DNA of 64,000 nt from the NCBI GenBank assembly GCA_951406725.2, contig OX597830.1, forward strand, positions 79,794,001 through 79,858,000, read 5' to 3'. Below, piece by piece: positions 38,491 to 50,549 of the stretch (within the stretch, counting starts at the first letter, position 1; each line of letters opens with the position of its first letter). The stretch comes from Octopus vulgaris. Its lineage: Eukaryota. The notes beneath the pieces were generated by a model that saw only the letters and a list, made by a program, of their open reading frames with translations, did no database searches and was not told the origin of the DNA. Made by a program: the position numbers and the translations under genes.

Positions 38491-38970
38491 TCTAGCTTTA
38501 TCTAGTGTGATGCTGCTACTCTTAAGTAGATCCCATCTTTTCAAGGTTGCTTTGGCACATTTTTCTAAGCCAAATTTCATATTTATTTGTTTGGTAAATC
38601 CATGTACTGTCTGTAGTATTGATTCCAGGTGTTTATCATTTGTAGTCTACAGTTTTAGGTCATCCATACATAAGAGGCGGCTGATTGCTTTGCCGTAACA
38701 GTTGTATCCGCTTTCAGTTCTGTCAGATAAAGGTGTCAGTGTGAAACATATAAGGAGTGGAGAGAGCGTGTCTCCCTGGAATATTCCTCTTCTAATGGGG
38801 ATGGCTTTGGTTTTTATGAATCCCTCTTTTGTTTGGAGCTGTAGCAAGGTCTGCCATTTATTTATGGAATGTGTTATACATTTTATGATTATTAGTGCCA
38901 CCTTGTTCATGGCTAGTGTTTCTAGGATCCATGTGTGGAGAATGCTATCAAACACCTTTCGGTAGTACAA
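38490..38970 (-). mobile_element. R4/Dong-like non-LTR RT fragment; mirror 54482-54960 (+)
   Basis: YRKVFDSILHTWI, IRRGIFQGDTLSPLL, MDDLKL and MKFGLEKCAK motifs. Confidence 0.85.
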
Positions 38971-38979
38971 CCTGTTATA

Positions 38980-41088
38980 TGGTCGGGTTGTCGGCAACTA
39001 AACCGGTAACCCCACAATGGCTTGCTTGGTGAGGTGGGTATTTGGTGGATGCCCTGCGGGACAGAAAATAAGACATGTCAAAGGGCGGAGGAACTACAGC
39101 GTAGTCAACGGCCATTCAACAACGTATGTTTGTGGATGTGCGTGTGGAGTGTTTAAGTTTGTGTGTATGTATTGTAAATATTGCATTTAAAACCTGTGTG
39201 CCTATCTGTATATACTGTATATATTGTATTTCAAGCTGTTTGTGTGCATATTGTATATTGTGTTTTACATTGTATATATTGTATGTCAATTTTATTCTTA
39301 ATTTTATTTTTCTTATCTTAGTCTTTTTTTAAATAAATAGATGAGGGTTGGATAGGATTCCTCTGCTTACGCAAGTCGTGGCGAAGGTAGTCTATCTCGG
39401 AGAAAGTAACTCTGAATTTAAATACTTCACTGCTGTCTTGTAGTTAGCCTTTGGCTGAGCAAAGACTCGGAGAAGAACACTCGGATATAAAATATGCGAC
39501 TGCAAATGCACCCAATGATGTCGACTTATTATTCTTCTTGGATCATGCATTGTAGTTTAGAGAGTGGGAATGGTTGCTGTGCAACACTCTTCCTCGTTTT
39601 AAAATGTGTCAGGCACAGGTATTGCTGGAGAGGAAAAGGAAATGAACATCTTGTATGTACATGGTTGACCACCAAAACTTAAAAAGGCACAACTAAACAA
39701 TGAAAGTTCATATTGATACTGAAGCAAATGACAAAAAGGGCTCTGGAACATTTTGTTTTGTGGTTTGGCCCGGCAGGTGTCCCAGGGCACGACAACCTGG
39801 ATCTGGTCGTCATCTTGCAACTGTGAGTAAATTCAGGTTAAGATGCAAGCCTTTGAATATAGGATGTTGGAATGTTCGAATGTTAGACAATGATTGTCTG
39901 AAATCTCGTCCGGAGAGGAGATCCGCGCTTGTTGAAAAAGAGTTACAGCGACATGAATGTTGTAGAGTTAGCCGAAACAAAAATTCATGGAAAGTGGGAT
40001 TTGGTAGAGAAATCTGCTGTGTATCATTTATTTTGGAGCAGTAGAGAGGAGACCTATAAGACAGAATCAAGAGTGGGATTTACTATCAAAACCACTTTGG
40101 TTTCAAACCTTGAGGAACTACCATGTGATAATTCTGATCGTTTGATGTCTTCAACACCTCCATTAAGAAAAGGTCGCTATGCAACACTCATTACTGCATA
40201 TGCTTCAACTATATCTTATATAGATCCCTTCAGTGCAATCTTCAAAAGCTATTTGAAAGACTATTGCAAAATACATAGCAAACAATGCAGGAGCAGGAAT
40301 ATTACCTTGTTTTACACCATTTTATAGAGAAATTGGATCTGATAAGGTACCTCCAACATTAGCTCTCACTTCTGTCTTGTCATGAAATTGTCTAAGCATT
40401 CTTACAAATTTTTCAGGGCATCCTAGCTTTTTCAGGATCTCCCAAAGTACAATTCCATTGATAGAATCAAACGCTTTTGTTAGATCATTGAAAATCTGGT
40501 ATACGTCCATATCCTGTTCGATGTACTTCTCTTGCTAAAAATATCATATCCATAGTACTCCTTCTATCCCTAAACTCACATTGCGATTCTGGTAGAACCT
40601 CATCAGCAATGTGCAGAAACAATCTGTCCAGCATTACTCTACAAAGGGCCTTTCCAGCAACAGCTAACAGATACCGCGATAATTATCACAGACATCGTTT
40701 CCATAGTTGCTTCACGCCAATCCGGAGGAACCTCTTCACTATGCCAAACCCTCTGAATCACATCCGTCAACATTGTACAGTGATGATCACCACCATATTT
40801 ATATATCTCTGTACCTAGTCCATCCATGCCATGAGCATTTCTATAGTTCAATTTCCTGATAGCTGCTTTTATTTCAACCAGGTTTGGAACTTCTGCTATA
40901 AGATGTTTTATTGATCTCCCAGATATATTATCAAGAAAAGAGAGGTCAACTTTAGTAGGTCTATTGAGCAAATCGTCAAAATGTTCTTTCCATCTCCCAA
41001 CAATATCTTTAGGATTTGTTAATAATTCTGTACCATCCTCGCTCCGAAGCGGCGCAACCTTTGATGACACTGGTCCAGAAACTTTTTT

Positions 41089-41128
<40 letters not shown>

Positions 41129-42908
41129 GAGAGAGAGTGAGAGAGAGAGTAAAAAAGTTTGGAATTGTTAGCATTTGAAACTTCTTGGATTTCATTGCAT
41201 ATATCACTCCACCAATTTTCCTGCATCATCCTCAGCTTCGTCTGCACTGTTGCTTTTACTGCCTTGAAGTGTGTAGCCACTGTCCTGATTGCTGACAGGT
41301 CAATATTTTGCAACATGTTAAATGCCTTTTGCTTCTCCTCTAAGATAAAACTAACTTCTTCATCATTATAGTCAAACCAATCTCGGTGTCTTTTTTGCAA
41401 CAAACCCAAGAATGTTACTACAAATCTTGTACACTCTTTCTTTGAATGACTTCCAGCTTTCACCACAGGACAAATTCCATCACAACTCCCATCACAAACT
41501 CATTGCGTACTGATGGAGTCTTAAGTTTATTGACATCAATCCGATTAGGTAACATGTCATTATTTGCTCTAACCTTAGGCTTGAGAGCAAAATTCACCTT
41601 GGCACGCAAAAGCTTATGATCAATCAAGCACTCTGCACCACACATCAATCGTAGTATAGCAAAGCCCCTAGTACCTCGTTTCCTGGAGAGGATGTAATCT
41701 ACAAGGTACCATTTCTTAGAACCAGGGTGCATCCATGTTGTTTTACACTTACTCTTTCGTTGAAACATTGTGTTCATGATACACAAATCCATCTCTACGC
41801 ACATATATAACAGTAATAAACGATTATTGTTGGAACTCCCAACGCTATGCTTTCCTAAGACACCCCAGGTCTACAAATCTGCACCAACGCGTGCATTAAA
41901 ATCACCTAAAATGACAACTTTGTCATCATGAGTAACGCTGCGTATAATCACTGTTAAGTGATAGATAGAAGGCAAGTTTATCATCTATATAAGATATAGG
42001 ACAAGAGGAAAGCTGTTCAATCTCAAAAGACTCTGTGCCAAAAGGAAAGATGATTGTGACCTGTTGGAACATTCCCAGAAAGGTATGCAGCATATTGTGA
42101 ATGCGATTTCTGCAGCATGTGCAGCATTTGGTCTAACGATCAATCTAAAAAAAAAAACTGTTATGAAGTACCAGCCCACTCCCACAAAATGTATGTGGAA
42201 CCTTTTATAACTGTGAATAGTCAAAGGCTGGAGGCTGCACCTAGACTTATTTATGTAGGAAGTACCTTGAGCGCTGCTGGTCTTCATGATAACATTTCAT
42301 ACAGAATCAGCAGGGCTAGAAGTGCTTTTGGTAGACTAGATAGTCGTCTGTGGAAACAACATAATATAAATTAAAGTTAAGGTATATAACAGGTGCGACC
42401 TCCCATCTTTGTTATAGGGGAGTGAGGTGAGGCATGGGTTGTTTAATGTAGGCTTGTAAGTCATTGGAATGATACCATGAATACTGTCTGAGAAAAGGTT
42501 TGAGGATAAACTGGAAAAATGGCCATGAGTAATGTGGCGCTGCTCGAGAGGAGTGGCAGTAGAAGTACAGATTCAAAGATTTTGTAAAAAACTTTGAGGT
42601 TGGAGTCGGGAGACATTTGGTAAGGATGAGTGATGAGCGACTACCCAAGCAGCTATTGTGTGGTGAGCTGGAAGACGGCAGGAGACCAGCACATAAGCCT
42701 AAACTAAGATTTAAGGATTGCCTTAAGAATGCTCTAATACAGACAGGAATTACAGCTGGTGATTGAGAGAGGGAGGCACAAGACCGCGATGGATGGAAGA
42801 AGATAGTGCATGATGGTTGTTCAAGGTTCGAGGGGGAGAGAATGAAGTATGAGATAATTAGAAGGGAGTTTAGAAGGAGGGAACCAGTGGAAAGTGAGAG
42901 AGTGTTGC

Positions 42909-42953
<45 letters not shown>

Positions 42954-43260
42954 TTTGTGGGAAGAGGTGTTTGACTCGTGCAGGCCTGGTGAGCCATCAA
43001 AAATCTTACAGGAATCGACCCATGATAAACAGTGATGTGGCTATTAAAATTCACAACGGAACATGTGTAAAATGTGGAAGAGAGTGCCTCTCATCTGGAG
43101 GTCTGGAAAGACACGTTAAGAGAGTGAATATGGTGGCACCTGTTTCTGTTGCCAGCCAGCACAGTTGTGCAGTATGTAATAAAATGTGTAAAAGTTTGGT
43201 TGGGCTTAAAAGTCATATAAGCGCATCACATGGCATCAACAATGAATCATTTCAGTAAGT
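38980..43260 (+). mobile_element. Near full-length decayed RTE-clade LINE with an internal inversion (40209-41999); mirror 50180-54475 (-)
   Basis: 5' UTR and GCWNVR/RPERRSALV APE on +; GDFNARVG...WMHPGSKKW...RWKEHF...DLTKAFDS...GVKQG on -; IRYRTRGKLFNLKRL...YVGS...three C2H2 fingers on +. Confidence 0.9.
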
Positions 43261-43281
43261 CTTTTGGAAATGGCTTTTCTC

Positions 43282-43394
43282 GTGTAACGAGGGTGCAGCT
43301 ATGATGTATGTATGTATGTATGTATGTATGTATGTATGTATGTATGTATGTATGTATGTATGTATGTATGTATGTATGCATGTATGTATGCATG

Positions 43395-43453
<59 letters not shown>
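43282..43453. repeat. (TATG)n/(TA)n microsatellite; mirror 49983-50135 differs in composition
   Basis: Direct reading. Confidence 0.95.
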
Positions 43454-43456
<3 letters not shown>

Positions 43457-43479
43457 ATTGTAATATGTGACAATTATTT

Positions 43480-45400
43480 GCTAGCCGTGATAAAAATCCG
43501 AGTTTCGGATGTCGGGGTGGAAAGCCACGCCGCCATCTCTTCAGTTATCCGCCCATCAGAAGAAATGCTATGAAAATAACCGTTAAACAAAGGGAAATTA
43601 CTGTGTGATTGACCGTTATTAAGACAAAAGAGCTATTTGAATGACCGCTAAGTGAGGGGAGGGAGTAAAAGTAAGGGGGTAAAATGTTCATAGTATTCGC
43701 GTAAGCGCGTATGTCCATACCTACACATGCGCGTCCACACACCCACGCACATGCACCTATAAGTATACACTCATTCACCCTCACTTGAAACGTACACATT
43801 CTCACCCACACCATTCGCCATACACACATGCGCACCAACTAGGTTCGTACACACATCTATATACGCACATACCCGTATGCACGCACACACACACGCGTCT
43901 ATATACGCACATACTCGCATGCACGCACACACACACATCTATATATGCACATATCAACACACACGCACACATCTATACGCACGCACAAACGAATCCATAT
44001 ACACGTCTATATACGCACAAGTAAAATGCAGGGTGGAAGGTAGAATAAGGAAAAATTATGAGTAAAAAATATATGAGCAATAAACCTATAAAACTATCTC
44101 TATAGATATGTAAAAAATACGTATAAAAGATATATAAATATATATAAAAATATATAAGAAATATAAGTAAAAATTATAAAGAGATAAAAAGCTTGTACGT
44201 GAACACAATATAGAAAGCAAGTCCTATCTGTAATCTCGGCAGGACCAAAAACGTAACAAATATTGAGCCACGTATGGGCATGATCCGAAAAGTTCAATTC
44301 TTGAATTCAGACATGTAGCGGGGTCTAAGCTGCTTTTCCAGATGAGCCATCTTTCCATATCACAAAGACCACACTTTCCACTGCCGTTGGTGTAGGGTTT
44401 AAACTTGGCTAAGATCTTCTAATGGATGTTGTAACTGACACCTTTATCCTTTAATGACCATATATGACTGGATAATTTGGTTGTTTTCCTTTTATCCCAG
44501 TGCCTGAAGCTCAAGGTGTGATTATCGAACCTGGCCTTGAAACTACCCTCTGTAAGGCCTATGTATTTCTTCGTCGAAACCGTGTCCTTAGTGGATATAG
44601 ATTCTACGGTGGCTTCATAAATGATGGTCTCGGTCATGCAAGCTCCATTTAGCGGGCACAAATTTTTATCCCTGCATGAACAGCTGGTTTTGTATTGTGA
44701 TTTTTGTGGGTTGTGTGCGATTATATTTTTAAAATTGGTAGTTGAGCTGAAACTGATTTTTAAGTTATGTCTATTGAAGAGCTTTCTGTAAGTATGGTTG
44801 ACTGGAACATGTCTATCAGTGCTAAGAAATTCTTGCCTATATTGAAGCTCACCTCGGGTGAGTAGGGGTGTGTGAACCAGATAGTTTTCCTATTTCTATG
44901 TTTCCTCTTTATTATTGGACTGGTGGCAGGTGTTTAGGTTATTTCCTCGCCAAAACCACTATCTTTTATATCTTTTATCTTTTCAAACGCTATTAAAAAT
45001 GTCCCTATCGGAGGAGAGGCTAGAAAATCTTTTGCTAAAGTTTTTAACTAAATTTTTAAACAGTACGGGGGGATGGCAAGAATCCACATTAACATATCTA
45101 AGTCTATCGTTGGGCTTCCTATAAGGCTTATAAATGTTCTTATTTAGATCTAAGGATACACCTAGGGAAATTGACAACCGTCAGGTTGGTGTCTGTAGTG
45201 CTAAGTGTCTGTAGTCATGCTAAGTCTGTAGTCATGCTAAGTCATGCTAAGATAACGTCCTTCCTAAACCGATCCTGTGCTGGTCCTTTGGTATTAGCAG
45301 TTAAGGCGAGGGCATCATCTTTGTAAATGGCGAAGTATACGTCAGGAAAGATCTTGCCCAACGTATCGAGTAGGAATAGTCCAATAAGATAGCAAAGAGA
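43480..45400 (-). mobile_element. Penelope-like element (Neptune-type RT end and GIY-YIG endonuclease); mirror 48040-49960 (+)
   Basis: IYKDDAL, LGVSLDL..NIYKPYRKPND..RYVN..S.HPP, IWFTHPYS and CPLNGAC....IYEATV...YIGLTEGSFKARF.NH..SF motifs; degenerate hammerhead motif at the 3' end (43489-43549). Confidence 0.9.
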
Positions 45401-45474
45401 TACACCAATAATAAAAATAAAAATACATCGCATCAAAGTCTTGAACGATAGTAGACAAATCGCACATAGAACTG

Positions 45475-47970
45475 GATGCGGATATAAATGTTACGGCAAA
45501 ACGATCGGCCACCTTTTATATATGGATGACCTAAAACTATACGCTGCAAATGACAAACAGCTGGAAACACTATTAAAGACAGTTCATTGATTTACCAAAG
45601 AAATAGATATGAAATTTGGATTAGAAAATGCGTCAAAGTAACCATGAGAAGAGGAAAACTAGTTAAGAGTAGCAACATCACACTAGATAAAACCAATGAA
45701 ATAAAAGAATTAGACCAAAGCCAAACTTACAAATACTTAGAATCCATGAACTAGATAAGACACAACATACACAAATTGAAAGAGAAAATAAAAAAGAATA
45801 TTATAGATGAGTTAGATCAATACTAAAAACAGAGCTCAATGCTAAAAACAAGATAATAGGTATTAACACTTTAGCTGTCCCAGTTATAAGTTACAGCTAC
45901 AATATCCTTAACTGGACACGAAATGAACTGACCAAAATAGATAGGAAAACAAGAAAAATAATGACAGGATCTAGATGCATCACCCAAAATCTGACATAGA
46001 AAGACTATATATACAACGTATAGAAGGTGGTAGGGGCCTTATACAGCTGGAAAACTACTATAAAATAACCACCATAGGACTGCAAAAATATCTACTTCAG
46101 AAGGAAGGAAAACTGATACAAATAGCGGCAAAACACGAGCAAAACAAAAAACTGTTCTCAGTATTTAAGGAAGCTGACAAATACAAACAAGAAATCATAC
46201 CACCTAATAAATATGAAGAAGAAGAAGAAGAAGAAGAAGAAGAAGAAGAAGAAGAAGATGAAGAAACAACAAAAGCTATAAAACAAATGAAATCCAAACT
46301 AAAAATAGAACAGCAACGAACCATGATAAAACGAGCATGGCAAGAAAAGCCCCTTCATGGTAAATACTGGACTAAACTAAACGCAAAAGAAATAGACAAA
46401 GAAAAATCCCAGCAATGGTTGAGAAGCTCAGACTCAAAGCAGAGACAGAGGGATTTTTAATTGCAGCACAAGACCAAAGCCTCCCCACCAGAAATTACCA
46501 AAAGCATGTAATGAAAAGAAATATTTCAAGTAACTGCAGAATATGTGGAGATGGACAAGAAACAATAAATCATATTATCTCTAGCTGCCCAGTCCTGGCT
46601 AAGAAGGAATATATTCACAGACATGACAGAGTTGGAACCTACATACATTGGAAGCTATGCCAACATTATGGAATAACAACAGAAAAAAGATGGTGTGTGC
46701 CTATACCATCTTTTTTCTGTTGTTATTCCATAATGTTGGCATAGCTTCCAATGTATGTAGGTTCCAACTCTGTCATGTCTGTGAATATATTCCTTCTTAG
46801 CCAGGACTGGGCAGCTAGAGATAATATGATTTATTGTTTCTTGTCCATCTCCACATATTCTGCAGTTACTTGAAATATTTCTTTTCATTACATGTTTTTG
46901 GTAATTTCTGGTGGGGAGGCTTTGGTCTTGTGCTTGCAATTAAAAATCCCTCTGTTTCTGCTTTGAGTCCTGAGCTTCTCAAATCATTGCTGGGATTTTT
47001 CTTTGTCTATTTCTTTTGCGTTTAGTTTAGTCCAGTATTTACCATGAAGGGCTTTTCTTGCCATCGTTTTATCATGGTTCGTTGCTGTTCTATTTTTATT
47101 TTGGATTTCATTTGTTTTATAGCTTTTGTTGTTTCTTCATCTTCTTCTTCTTCTTCTTCTTCTTCTTCTTCTTCTTCTTCTTCTTCTTCTTCTTCTTCTT
47201 CTTCTTCTTCATATTTATTAGGTGGTATGATTTCCTGTTTGTATTTGTCAGCTTCCTTAAATACTGAGAACAGTTTTTTTCCTTAAATACTGAGAACAGT
47301 TTTTTTGCTCGTGTTTTGCCGCTATTTGTATCAGTCTTCCTTCCTTCTGAAGTAGATATTTTGCAGTCCTATGGTGGTTATTTTATAGTAGTTTTCCAGC
47401 TGTATAAGGCCCCTACCACCTTCTATACGTTGTATATATAGTCTTTCTATGTCAGATTTTGGTGATGCATCCTAGATCCTGTCATTATTTTTCTTGTTTT
47501 CCTATCTATTTTGGTCAGTTCATTTAGTGTCCAGTTAAGGATATTGTAGCTGTAACTTATAACTGGGACAGCTAAAGTGTTAATACCTATTATTTTGTTT
47601 TTAGCATTGAGCTCTGTTTTTAGTATTGATCTAACTCGTCTATAATATTCTTTTTTAGTTTCTCTTTCATTTGTGTGTGTTGTGTCTTATCTAGTTCATG
47701 GATTCCTAAGTATTTGTAAGTTTGGCTTTGGTCTAATTCTTTTATTTCATTGGTTTTATCTAGTGTGATGTTGCTACTCTTAACTAGTTTTCCTCTTCTC
47801 ATGGTTACTTTGGCGCATTTTTCTAATCCAAATTTCATATCTATTTCTTTGGTAAATCCATGAACTGTCTTTAATAGTGTTTCCAGCTGTTTGTCATTTG
47901 CAGCGTATAGTTTTAGGTCATCCATATATAAAAGGTGGCCGATCGTTTTGCCGTAACATTTATATCCGCA
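45475..47970. mobile_element. R4/Dong-clade non-LTR element truncated at, and mirrored around, the palindrome apex (+ 45475-46694; - 46705-47970)
   Basis: YMDDLKLYA, YKYLG, HHPKSDIERLYI.RIEGGRGL, ETEGFLIAAQDQ, CRICG...ETINHIISSC (CCHC) and RHDRV...WYRHTP motifs; the endonuclease domain is missing. Confidence 0.9.
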
Positions 47971-50488
47971 TGTTCTATGTGCGATTTGTATACTATCGTT
48001 TAAGACTTTGATGCGATGTAATTTTATTTTTATTATTGGTGTATCTCTTTGCTATCTTATTGGACTATTCCTGCTCGATACGTTGGGCAAGATCTTTCCT
48101 GACGTATACTTCGCCATTTACAAAGATGATGCCCTCGCCTTAACTGCTAATACCAAAGGACCAGCACAGGATCGGTTTAGGAAGGACGTTATCTTAGCAT
48201 GACTTAGCATGACTACAGACTTAGCATGACTACAGACACTTAGCATGACTACAGACACCAGTCTGTCAATTTCCTAGGTGTATCCTTAGATCTAAATAAG
48301 AACATTTATAAGCCTTATAGGAAGCCCAACGATAGACTTAGATATGTTAATGTGGATTCTTGCCATCCGCCCCGTACTGTTTAAAAATTTAGTTAAAAAC
48401 TTTAGCAAAAGATTTTCTAGCCTCTCCTCCGATAGGGACATTTTTAATAGCGTTTGAAAAGATAAAAGATATAAAAGATAGTGGTTTTGGCGAGGAAATA
48501 ACCTAAACACCTGCCACCAGTCCAATAATAAAGAGGAAACATAGAAATAGGAAAACTATCTGGTTCACACACCCCTACTCACCCGAGGTGAGCTTCAATA
48601 TAGGCAAGAATTTCTTAGCACTGATAGACATGTTCCAGTCAACCATACTTACAGAAAGCTCTTCAATAGACATAACTTAAAAATCAGTTTCAGCTCAACT
48701 ACCAATTTTAAAAATATAATCGCACACAACCCACAAAAATCACAATACAAAACCAGCTGTTCATGCAGGGATAAAAATTTGTGCCCGCTAAATGGAGCTT
48801 GCATGACCGAGACCATCATTTATGAAGCCACCGTAGAATCTATATACACTAAGGACACGGTTTCGACGAAGAAATACATAGGCCTTACAGAGGGTAGTTT
48901 CAAGGCCAGGTTCGATAATCACACCTTGAGCTTCAGGCACTGGGATAAAAGGAAAACGACCAAATTATCCAGTCATATATGGTCATTAAAGAATAAAGGT
49001 GTCAGTTACAACATCCATTAGAAGATCTTAGCCAAGTTTAAACCCTACACCAACGGCAGTGGAAAGTGTGGTCTTTGTGATATGGAAAGATGGCTCATCT
49101 GGAAAAGCAGCTTAGACCCCGCTACATGTCTGAATTCAAGAATTGAACTTTTCGGATCATGCCCATACGTGGCTCAATATTTGTTACGTTTTTGGTCCTG
49201 CCGAGATTACAGATAGAACTTGCTTTCTATATTGTGTTCACGTACAAGCTTTTTATCTCTTTATAATTTTTACTAATATTTCTTATATATTTTTATATAT
49301 ATTTATAGATCTTTTATACGTATTTTTTACATATCTATAGAGATAGTTTTATAGGTTTATTGCTCATATATATTTTACTCATAATTTTTCCTTATTCTAC
49401 CTTCCACTCTGCATTTTACCTGTGCGTATATAGACGTGTATATGGAATCGTTTGTGCGTGCGTATAGATGTGTGCGTGTGTGTTGATATGTGCATATATA
49501 GATGTGTGTGTGTGCGTGCATGCGAGTATGTGCGTATATAGACGCGTGTGTGTGCGTGCATACGGGTGTGTGCGTATATAGATGTGTGTACGAACCTAGT
49601 TGGTGCGCATGTGTGTATGGCGAATGGTGTGGGTGAGAATGTGTACGTTTCAAGTGAGGGTGAATGAGTGTATACTTATAGGTGCATGTGCGTGGGTGTG
49701 CGGACGCGCATGTGTAGGTACGGACATGCGCGCTTACGCGAATACTATGAACATTTTATCCCCTTACTTTTACTCCCTCCCCTCACTTAGCGGTCATTCA
49801 AATAGCTCTTTTGTCTTAATAACGGTCAATCACACAGTAATTTCCCTTTGTTTAACGGTCATTTTCATAGCATTTCTTCTGATGGGCGGATAACTGAAGA
49901 GATGGCGGCGTGGCTTTCCACCCCGACATCCGAAACTCGGATTTTTATCACGGCTAGCAAATAATTGTCACATATTACAATTACATATATATATATAGAC
50001 ACATACATGCATACATGCATACATACATGCATACATACATACATACATGCATACATACATGCATACATACATACATACATACATACATACATACATACAT
50101 ACATACATACATACATACATACATACATACATACATCATAGCTGCACCCTCGTTACACGAGAAAAGCCATTTCCAAAAAGACTTACTGAAATGACTCATT
50201 GTTGATGCCATGTGATGCGCTTATATGACTGTTAAGCCCAACCAAACTTTTACACATTTTATTACATACTGCACAACTGTGCTGGCTGGCAGCAGAAACA
50301 GGTGCCACCATATTCACTCTCTTAACGTGTCTTTCCAGACCTCCAGATGAGAGGCACTCTCTTCCACATTTTACACATGTTCCGTTGTGAATTTTAATAG
50401 CCACATCACTGTTTATCATGGGTCGATTCCTGTAAGATTTTTGATGGCTCACCAGGCCTGCACGAGTCAAACACCTCTTCCCAACAAC

Positions 50489-50549
<61 letters not shown>

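Larger units (their letters stand above)
29440..46694 (+). repeat. Palindrome 2, left arm (at least 17 kb)
   Basis: ORFs are mirrored with coordinate sums of about 93400-93450 (e.g. 31769+61670, 36910+56529, 44419+49021). Confidence 0.96.

Noticed and set aside
42806-43258. C2H2 zinc-finger host gene
   Set aside because: It is the C-terminus of the RTE ORF, interrupted by a (GT)n expansion.
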